Part shown: positions 25,001 through 31,305 of the stretch, piece by piece
Layout: every line of letters begins with the position of its first letter
Position numbering within the stretch: the first letter of the stretch is position 1
NCBI GenBank assembly: GCA_965650895.1
Contig: CBFGQN010000001.1
Span: 1-31,305, forward strand
DNA length: 31,305 nucleotides
Source: an uncultured Ignavibacteria bacterium
GTDB taxonomy: Bacteria > Bacteroidota > Ignavibacteria > OLB7
Reading direction: 5' to 3'
The notes under the pieces: generated by a model
The model's input: the letters and a program-made list of their open reading frames with translations, nothing else
Told to the model about the DNA's origin: nothing
Database searches by the model: none
Made by a program: the position numbers and the translations under genes

Positions 25001-26769
25001 ACCGACTGAATGAAGCAGTTATGGACAACAACTCCATTTGCAGCGAAACGGGAGGTCGCAGTCTGGATATCGTAGACCGTTTCTTCTCCCACATAATCAA
25101 TGGAGATCACCGTTTCCTCAGATGTCAGTCCCTTGTTCTTTCCGGAAACGGTCCGGTTGAGCTTCCTGAGCTTTTCTTTCTTCTCTTCCGAAACGAAACC
25201 GATCGAGTCCTCAAATTTGAGACGTTCGGAAGACCAGGAGATACTGACATGGTAAAGAGGATGTCTGTTCTCGCGTGAATCACGACCAACCGCAACGTTC
25301 GCATAGATGCCGAGACTTAACAGAAGGATTTGCACACCGTGAGCCAGCTCCTCGGATATTGTCGAGAGCACAACATCGCCGCTGTTGCGACCGTCGGTAT
25401 TGCGGATTCGGACACACCCGTCGGCCTGAAACAGTGATCTGAGGAAGGCAATCTTTTCCTCCCGTCTTCCCTTGAATATTCTTTCAGGCACCTTCGCTAC
25501 AAGCGAGCCGGCATCCAGCTCATACTGTTCAACAAAGTCGTCCACCACTTTCGAATCGAGTTTGACTATGCGATAGAGATCGTGGACATTTTTACGGGTT
25601 ACGACTTTGTACTTACCGAAGATTGATGTGAACAGATCCGTGACGAAGGCATATTCATCCTCGTTAACCGTGATCGCTCCAAACAGTGTGGTCTTGTTAT
25701 TGCGATTGTACTTTCCATAATAGCCGTCTCCGACAATCCATCCCGCCAACGCAGCCGACTTCACATCAATATCGGTGGTCTCCGAAGATTCTTCATCGAA
25801 GCCCGAATCAATCCCCTCACGATCAAGAAGGGTGTGCAGATCGGATATTACGGAGGTCATCTCTCCATGTCGGGATGCAACCGCATGCAGGTCTTCGCCG
25901 ATCGATATGGATTCTCCGTATGGAAGGGCTGCCTGCAGTACTTTTTGTCCGAGTATGGTCTCAAGTTCATGCCAGCCGTATTGCCCCCCATCCTTTTCTC
26001 TTCTGTCGGCACTCCACACCAGATGGTCGCCGGTAAACTCGATAAAGTTTCCGTTCTTCAGAGTGGCTCGCCAGATCCTCCGGACACCATTATTTTTCAC
26101 TGCCTGTACGGGAACAAAGTCATTCCCGTCAAACACCCGAAGATCGGTACGGTTCCCCTCTACGATCTCACGTATCTCCAGAATACCCTGGTCGGTGAAA
26201 AGCCGTGTGTTTTCACGAGCGCACGCATGGGGTTGCGGATGCGTATAGGCATCCTTCGAGCGGGTCAGCTTGCCGGTCTCCGGATCGACGTAGTAGTGTC
26301 CCTGCGCCGGACCCTCGATGCCGTAAGCCCAGTGGAGTCCGGTATTGAACCACTGCGGCGAGTTCGGGGCGGCCATCTGGTTCAGGAGCGTGTAGGCGAT
26401 CTCGTCGTAGAAGGCCTGCGCATCCTCGGGCGAATCGAAGTAGCCGTGCTCCTCCCCCCAGTGGCGCCAGCATCCGGCCAGACGGTGGACCACCTGCCGG
26501 GCGCTCTTCTCGGCGCCGAGAATCGGCTCACCCTGTTCGTTGAAAAGCTGATTCCCTTCGGCATCGAATTGCGGCACCCCGGCCTTGCGGAAATATTTCT
26601 GCGCCAGGATGTCGGTGGCCATCTGCGACCAGCGACTCGGGACCTCGATATCGTGCATCTCGAAAACGACCGATCCGTCCGGATTGCGCAGCACCGAGCT
26701 GCGGAGCGAATAGTCGAACATATCGTAGACGTTCTTCCCGGCGGTCGTGTAGAGACGTGAAATTTTCAT
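22009..26769 (-). CDS. nrdJ: Vitamin B12-dependent (class II) ribonucleotide reductase, intein-containing precursor (1586 aa; about 1184 aa after splicing)
   Basis: Start MKISRLYT at 26769. Motifs: APNSPQWFNTG, PQPHA/CFIQSV, KSGGTTRRAAKM, GSNPCSEY (N, C, E catalytic), CNLASLN, TVIAPTGTI, AAAQPFISGAISKTIN. C-terminal TSCPD-like domain and Zn-ribbon CxxC...CxxC...GCS. Confidence 0.97.
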   Translation of the reverse strand: MKISRLYTTAGKNVYDMFDYSLRSSVLRNPDGSVVFEMHDIEVPSRWSQMATDILAQKYFRKAGVPQFDAEGNQLFNEQGEPILGAEKSARQVVHRLAGCWRHWGEEHGYFDSPEDAQAFYDEIAYTLLNQMAAPNSPQWFNTGLHWAYGIEGPAQGHYYVDPETGKLTRSKDAYTHPQPHACARENTRLFTDQGILEIREIVEGNRTDLRVFDGNDFVPVQAVKNNGVRRIWRATLKNGNFIEFTGDHLVWSADRREKDGGQYGWHELETILGQKVLQAALPYGESISIGEDLHAVASRHGEMTSVISDLHTLLDREGIDSGFDEESSETTDIDVKSAALAGWIVGDGYYGKYNRNNKTTLFGAITVNEDEYAFVTDLFTSIFGKYKVVTRKNVHDLYRIVKLDSKVVDDFVEQYELDAGSLVAKVPERIFKGRREEKIAFLRSLFQADGCVRIRNTDGRNSGDVVLSTISEELAHGVQILLLSLGIYANVAVGRDSRENRHPLYHVSISWSSERLKFEDSIGFVSEEKKEKLRKLNRTVSGKNKGLTSEETVISIDYVGEETVYDIQTATSRFAANGVVVHNCFIQSVSDDLVNDGGIFDLVTREARIFKYGSGTGSNFSELRGEGEPLSGGGVSSGLMSFLKVNDRAAGAVKSGGTTRRAAKMVILNIDHPDIEKFIDWKMVEEQKVAALVAGSRICRAFLAEIAEVGREQGTDYSDPSSELHSLVQRALSRGIPFNYIVRVLSLVDQGMEKIDFNEYDLNYEGEAYNTVSGQNSNNSVRISNDFMKAVAEDADWHLMWRTSEERAKTVKARYLWEKINYAAWSCADPGLQFDTTINEWHTSPKEGRINGSNPCSEYLFIDDSACNLASLNLGHFYDDETGIFDVESYKHATRIWTIVLEISVLMAQFPSREIAQISFDTRTLGLGYANLGTVLMRAGIPYDSDEGRAWAGAITAVMTGESYATSAEMAGRLGAFNRYKRNAKDMLRVMRNHRRAAYNAPEGEYEGLTVTPVGIDHSLCPANLSAAAKECWDRAVALGEEHGYRNAQVTVIAPTGTISLIMDCDTTGIEPDFALVKFKKLAGGGYFKIVNQSVPKALNRLGYSDAEIADISSYIKGYASLKGCPHINRASLKAKGFTDEKVDAVESGLETAFDITFAFNRYSLGDEFLKSIGFTDEQVNDPSLNVLAELGFNKEEIEEANRYVCGTMTIEGAPYLKEEHLPIFDCANRCGKIGKRYIAYMGHVKMMAAAQPFISGAISKTINMPREATLEDVEKVYLESWKLMLKAIALYRDGSKLSQPLNVSAESELVEQVTLRDIDVDASHMVGSGQDFNEQVGPQQVQEKIVEKVYHRADRRRLPKRRHGFVREATVGGHKVFLRTGEYEDGKLGEIFIDMYKEGASFKGLLNCFAVLASKALQYGMPLEKMVDTFTFTRFEPSGPVQGHEAIKNATSIVDYVFRAIGYEYLGREDFIHIKAVDETEGIEYGPGDEDSGAARLSPGRELWERQQYRKRETNGGTNGTNGAGGSVRTAQATKTGSNAEEKVATARAQGYTGEQCGNCGSMRVKQNGACHVCEECGTTSGCS
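25018..26223 (-). mobile_element. Intein with LAGLIDADG homing endonuclease (402 aa) in nrdJ
   Basis: Block A CARENTRLFT (Cys1), block B FTGDH, blocks C/E LAGWIVGDG and FLRSLFQADG, block H LAHGVQILLLSLGI, block F VYDIQT, block G VVHN followed by the +1 Cys. Removal restores PQPHACFIQSV. Lower GC (24/60 at 25561-25620). Confidence 0.96.
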
Positions 26770-27263
26770 GGAGTTTTCCCTGTTAGAATTAGAGTATATG
26801 ATTGAGAATTCCCACACGACGCCCTGAACCAAGCGCGCAGTCCGAATGAGGCTTTTGCACGGGCAGACCCCCGGCGTGCGCTTCGATCAGCGAGACGTGT
26901 GGAATGCGATGTTATCCTGAACGGCGACCCGCCGCGGCGAGCCGTTGGAAGACGGGAAGGAGGGCACGGCGACAACGATGGATTCGCAGAAGATGCGGAT
27001 GTGAATAGTCCTTCGATGTAGTGTTGAAAAGATATGCCATGGTGCTTTGTCCCGTTTTAGAAGCGGGCGAAAGATACGGGATCGCAGAGGGGGAAGTAAA
27101 GGGAAATCTCATGTGCAATAACAGCTCCAGAACGGTCCGATTCCCCTCACTGTTTCAACCTATCCCTCCCCCTCTCCTCCCCTTCTCTCTTCCTCCACGA
27201 TTCTCTATCTTTACGGTTCTTTCATCGAAAACATCTCTGATTTTATCCATACTTCACGAAATC

Positions 27264-29426
27264 ATGGCACAAGGGACGGCAAAAAGGAAAACCGCGGGGG
27301 GAAAGGCGTCGGGGAACGGGACATCGACGAAAACGAATGGACGGAACGGAAGTCCGGAGAGGACCGGTATCGACTGGAAACGGGTGGCCCGGACGCTCCT
27401 CCTCTCCAGGGCGCTCGACCGGATCGAGGAACGGGAACTGGTGCCGGCCGGACTGATTACCTACCAGTTCTCCTCGCGGGGGCATGACCTGGCGCAGATC
27501 ATTCTGGGCGAACAGATCACCAATACGTATGATGCCGCCACTCTCTACTACCGCTCCCGCCCCTTCGTCCTGACCCAGGGACTGACCCCGGTCGAGGCAC
27601 TGTGCAGCACGATGGGTCGCTCCGGAGGGATCAGTGAGGGACGGGATATCGGCGTCGTCCACAATCTTCCCCGTCGCGACCGCGGAACGGTGCTGCCGAC
27701 CAGCGGTGATGTCGGCGCACAGTTTACCCCGGCAATCGGGTGGGCGCAGGCGATCCGCTATCGGAGTGAAGTGCTGAAAGAGAAAGAATGGAACGGCGCA
27801 ATCGCCGTCGCCCTGGCCGGAGATGCCGCCTGCGCCACCAACGGCTTCTGGTCGGCACTGACCATCGCGACGACCCTGCGGCTCCCCTATCTCTTTTTTA
27901 TCGAGGATAACGGCTACGGTATCTCCGTAACCGGTGATCTCCAGACGCCCGGAGGCAACATCTCGGAGAATCTCGCATCCTTCAGGGATCTGAAGATTCT
28001 CTCCGGCAGCGGCGTCGAGCCGGAGGAGACCTCGCAACTGATCGAAGAAGCGGTCCGCTCCACCCGCTCGGGGGAAGGTCCGGTCCTCCTCCACCTCCGC
28101 GTCCCCCGTCTGTGCGGACATTCCTTTGCCGATAATCAGGCATACAAGTCGGAAGAACAGGTGGCCGAGGAGGAGGCGAACGATCCGCTGCCGAAGCTGC
28201 GGGAGTATCTCGTCGGGAAGAAGATCCTGTCCGAGAAAGAATGGTCGGCAATGGAAGAAGAGGCGTGGGAAGAGGCGGGCAAAGCCGCCGAAGAGGCGAA
28301 GAACGCAAAGGAGCCGGAGACGGCGGGCGTGCTGAAGGACAGATTCTACGAGAAGGGATCGGTACAGGTGGCCGGAGGACGGATGGCGGAGACCGGTGAG
28401 AAAGAACATGAGAAGTGGACCGGAGGGACATCGGAAGCGAAGCCGGAAGGGCCGAGGATGAACATGATCGATGCGATCCGGCGGACGCTTGAGAACGAAT
28501 TGAAGAAGGACGACCGCCTCCTGCTCTTCGGTGAAGATGTCGGGATGAAAGGGGGCGTACACGGGGCGACGGTTGACCTGCAACGGGCCTTCGGAGAGGA
28601 ACGGGTCTTCGATACCTCGCTGAACGAAGAAGGGATCATCGGTCGCGCGGTCGGCATGGCGATGGCCGGACTGATGCCGGTGCCGGAGATCCAGTTCCGC
28701 AAGTATGCCGATCCGGCCCACGAGCAGATCACCGACTGCGGCACCATCCGCTGGCGAACCGCCGGAAAGTTTGCCGCTCCGCTGGTCGTTCGCATACCGG
28801 TCGGCTACGGAAAGAAGACCGGCGATCCATGGCACTCGGTCTCGGGAGAGGCCCTCTACGCACACCTGATCGGATGGCGCATCGCCATCCCCTCGAACGC
28901 TGAGGATGCCGTCGGCCTGCTCCGCTCGGCGTTGCGGGGGAATGATCCGACGATGTTCTTCGAGCACCGCGCACTGCTCGACACGCGGGACGGCCGCCGT
29001 CCCTGGCCGGGAGATGATTTTCTCCTCCCCTTCGGAAAAGCAAGGATCGTTCGCGAAGGGACCGACGTCACCGTGGTGACCTGGGGAGAGATGGTCCACC
29101 GGGCCGTCGCAGCCGCAGAGGAATGCAAGGCAAGTGCCGAGGTGATCGACCTGCGAACGGTCTCCCCGTGGGACAAGGAGACCGTTCTCGAATCGATCCG
29201 CAAGACAAATCGTTGTCTGGTTCTGCACGAAGACAACTGGACCTGCGGGTTCGGCGGAGAGATCGCCGCAACAGTTGCGCAGGAGGCGTTCCGTTATCTG
29301 GATGCACCGGTCGAGCGAATGGCTCCGCCGGACGTTCCGATCCCCTATAACCCGATGCTGATGGCCGCCGTCGTTCCGGGTATCGGGGAGATCGGGGAAA
29401 GAATCGACACGCTCGGAAGCTTCTGA
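27264..29426 (+). CDS. 2-oxoacid dehydrogenase E1 component, fused alpha/beta subunits (branched-chain/pyruvate type), 720 aa
   Basis: Start MAQGTAK at 27264. TPP motif GDAACATNGF...IEDNGY, RLCGHS, beta domain FGEDVGMKGGVHG, DTSLNEEGIIG, EIQF, EVIDLRT, LDAPVER. Confidence 0.93.
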   Translation: MAQGTAKRKTAGGKASGNGTSTKTNGRNGSPERTGIDWKRVARTLLLSRALDRIEERELVPAGLITYQFSSRGHDLAQIILGEQITNTYDAATLYYRSRPFVLTQGLTPVEALCSTMGRSGGISEGRDIGVVHNLPRRDRGTVLPTSGDVGAQFTPAIGWAQAIRYRSEVLKEKEWNGAIAVALAGDAACATNGFWSALTIATTLRLPYLFFIEDNGYGISVTGDLQTPGGNISENLASFRDLKILSGSGVEPEETSQLIEEAVRSTRSGEGPVLLHLRVPRLCGHSFADNQAYKSEEQVAEEEANDPLPKLREYLVGKKILSEKEWSAMEEEAWEEAGKAAEEAKNAKEPETAGVLKDRFYEKGSVQVAGGRMAETGEKEHEKWTGGTSEAKPEGPRMNMIDAIRRTLENELKKDDRLLLFGEDVGMKGGVHGATVDLQRAFGEERVFDTSLNEEGIIGRAVGMAMAGLMPVPEIQFRKYADPAHEQITDCGTIRWRTAGKFAAPLVVRIPVGYGKKTGDPWHSVSGEALYAHLIGWRIAIPSNAEDAVGLLRSALRGNDPTMFFEHRALLDTRDGRRPWPGDDFLLPFGKARIVREGTDVTVVTWGEMVHRAVAAAEECKASAEVIDLRTVSPWDKETVLESIRKTNRCLVLHEDNWTCGFGGEIAATVAQEAFRYLDAPVERMAPPDVPIPYNPMLMAAVVPGIGEIGERIDTLGSF

Positions 29427-29575
29427 AGCTGCACGGCGAAACCGATTGTCGTCTGAACATTTTCTTCTTTCCGGGTGTTATATCCGGTTTGCCAAGGTGT
29501 TCTGTATGGTCGGAAGATATTTCTCAGAACAACTTTTTTTGTCGATACTCACATTCAAAATCAGGTGAAGTACAC

Positions 29576-30283
29576 ATGATGCGACGCAGTTATACTCTTG
29601 TACTCTCAACCCTTCTGCTTGCCGGATTCTTCATGACCGGCTGTGGTGAGGATACCGTGGAACCGACACCCGAAGAACCGCAGGTCCTCTTCCTCCATGC
29701 CGCTCCGGTCACCGGCGATAAGGGACTGGATCTCCTTGTGGAGGACGAAGCGGCTGCTACAAATAAAAAATTCGGCGAAGTGAGCGACTATACGGAGGTC
29801 CGTTCGGGACTGCGGAGAGTGCAGATTGTGGAGAACGGAACGACATCGGCTCTGTTCGATGAGAACATCAAACTGGACGAGGACAGAAAGTATACGCTGA
29901 TCGCCTACAACGAAACGAGCGGTACGATCGGTACGCTTCTGTTTCGGGACGACCTGACCGCTCCGGCAGCCGGGAAGGCGCTGATCCGCGCCGCCCACCT
30001 GATCAACGACGGACCGAAAGTCCGGGTGGCGTTCCAGGGAGGAGGGGCCCCTCTCTATGACAGCATCGCCTTTACGCAGAACACGGAATTCTTCAACGCC
30101 GTGAACGCCGGCACCTATACCCTCCGCTTTATCGACATTGCCGAACAGGGGAACGGAGACCAGACCGGAGGGGCCGACGCCATCGTCGAGCAGCAGGTGA
30201 CGCTGGAGGCCGGAAAGATCTACACGTTTGCCGCCGTCGGGACGACTGCCTCGCCCGGACTGGTTGTCATCACGCATAATTAG
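29576..30283 (+). CDS. DUF4397 domain lipoprotein (paralog 1)
   Basis: Lipobox FMTGC followed by acidic GEDTVEP. Two repeats FLHAAP...LDLLV and IRAAHLINDGPKVRV. LEAGKIYTFAAVG. Confidence 0.85.
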   Translation: MMRRSYTLVLSTLLLAGFFMTGCGEDTVEPTPEEPQVLFLHAAPVTGDKGLDLLVEDEAAATNKKFGEVSDYTEVRSGLRRVQIVENGTTSALFDENIKLDEDRKYTLIAYNETSGTIGTLLFRDDLTAPAAGKALIRAAHLINDGPKVRVAFQGGGAPLYDSIAFTQNTEFFNAVNAGTYTLRFIDIAEQGNGDQTGGADAIVEQQVTLEAGKIYTFAAVGTTASPGLVVITHN

Positions 30284-30364
30284 GACAAGGCACGGAGACG
30301 CACAGCATACAGCACGTACAGAGTTCGCCATTCAATAGAACTCGCCATTCAACAAGGACGGAAC

Positions 30365-31111
30365 ATGAAGACTATCAGATTCCTTTTTCTTTTTTCACTG
30401 ATCACAATTGCCGGTCTCGGATTCTACGGATGCGAAGAGGACACGACCCAGCCGCCGGACGACACGCACGATCATGCGGAGATACTCCTGATGCACGCGG
30501 CTCCGGCCGGTCCGGGAGTTGATCTGCTGATCGACGACTCGGTCTACGTGACCAACGCCACTTTCGGTCAGTTCGGCACGGCCTATGCCGAGATCGAAGC
30601 CGGATCGCGCCGGGTCCGCATCCTGCCGACCGGCACGACGGCATCACCGGTTATTGACGAAACGCTTGACTTCACAAAGGACGAGCACTACACCCTCTTT
30701 ATCCTCAACGACGCGGCCCCGCTGGTCTTCCAGGACAACCTGAGCGAACCTGCGGCAGGCAAGGCCCACATCCGGATCGCTCATCTGATACCGGACGGAC
30801 CGGAGGTGAAGCTGTCGTTTCAGGGCTCGGGTCTCGGACCGATTTTCGACAACATCGAGTTCAAGGAGAACACCGAATTCTTTACGCCGGTCAATGCCGA
30901 AGAGGTTGTGCTCCGGGTGCAGAAAGCCGGCAGTTCCGGCGGCGGCGGCGGTGGTGGCGGAGGGGGCGGAAGCGAGCCGATCGCGCCGGATCTTTCCTAT
31001 ACGCTTGAGGATGGCGGCATCTACACAATCGCCATCATCGGCACGGTCGCCGCTACCGACGACCACGATCCGGAGATCGTGGTGATCAAGCACGAAGAAG
31101 ATCACGAATAG
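30365..31111 (+). CDS. DUF4397 domain lipoprotein (paralog 2) with poly-Gly loop and His/acidic termini
   Basis: Lipobox FYGC followed by EEDTT. LLMHAAPAGPGVDLLID and IRIAHLIPDGPEV. Gly11 at 30938-30970. Confidence 0.85.
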   Translation: MKTIRFLFLFSLITIAGLGFYGCEEDTTQPPDDTHDHAEILLMHAAPAGPGVDLLIDDSVYVTNATFGQFGTAYAEIEAGSRRVRILPTGTTASPVIDETLDFTKDEHYTLFILNDAAPLVFQDNLSEPAAGKAHIRIAHLIPDGPEVKLSFQGSGLGPIFDNIEFKENTEFFTPVNAEEVVLRVQKAGSSGGGGGGGGGGGSEPIAPDLSYTLEDGGIYTIAIIGTVAATDDHDPEIVVIKHEEDHE

Positions 31112-31142
31112 AAACCGGAAGAACGATCTTCCGCAAACGTAT

Positions 31143-31187
31143 GGAACGGGCAGGTGCCGGGACAACATCCCCGCACCTGCCCGTTCC
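31143..31187. terminator. Strong hairpin after the DUF4397 pair
   Basis: Perfect 15-bp stem ggaacgggcaggtgc / gcacctgcccgttcc with an inner ggga/tccc pairing. Only a short T tract follows. Confidence 0.6.
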
Positions 31188-31305
31188 GTTTCCCCCATCT
31201 CCATCCGACCCCCCTCCTCCATACCCTGCAACTCGTGACTCGCCCAGTGCCAGCCGAGCTCGCATACAGACCGGGGCGATGGACCTATCCTGACGGCCGC
31301 GCCGG

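Noticed and set aside
27010-27050. Possible NrdR box (minus strand ACACTACATCGAAG)
   Set aside because: Only the left half fits the consensus and no properly spaced second box was found.
27243-29228. 661-aa minus-strand ORF
   Set aside because: Antisense to the E1 alpha/beta gene; a shadow ORF.

Overview
Chromosomal window, about 60% GC. The two T9SS C-terminal domains and the lipoprotein style suggest a Bacteroidota/Chlorobiota-type organism, possibly Kapabacteria-like (inference). No rRNA, tRNA, CRISPR array or transposase was seen. Main content: (1) a roughly 9-10 kb minus-strand cluster, rrf2 - ric - napD - napA - tetraheme doubled NapB - lipoprotein tetraheme cytochrome - NrfC-like 4Fe-4S protein - NrfD-like membrane protein - alginate-export-family porin. 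It looks like a periplasmic nitrate reductase fed by an NrfCD/PsrBC-type quinol-oxidising module instead of NapC or NapGH. Two matching palindromes upstream of rrf2 and ric are candidate operators. (2) A HipA-like kinase/DUF3037 pair. (3) A run of small VOC, DUF523, GNAT, DUF3224 and methyltransferase genes. (4) A T9SS choice-of-anchor-I protein and an alpha/beta hydrolase. (5) A class II (B12) ribonucleotide reductase nrdJ carrying an intact 402-aa LAGLIDADG intein just before a redox-active Cys, plus a separate sharply bounded patch of foreign-looking codon usage over the thiyl-radical catalytic site. (6) A fused 2-oxoacid dehydrogenase E1 alpha/beta and two tandem DUF4397 lipoproteins. Two families of 9-nt-periodic palindromic intergenic elements recur, mostly close behind stop codons. 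All family assignments come from motif recognition by eye; no database search was run.
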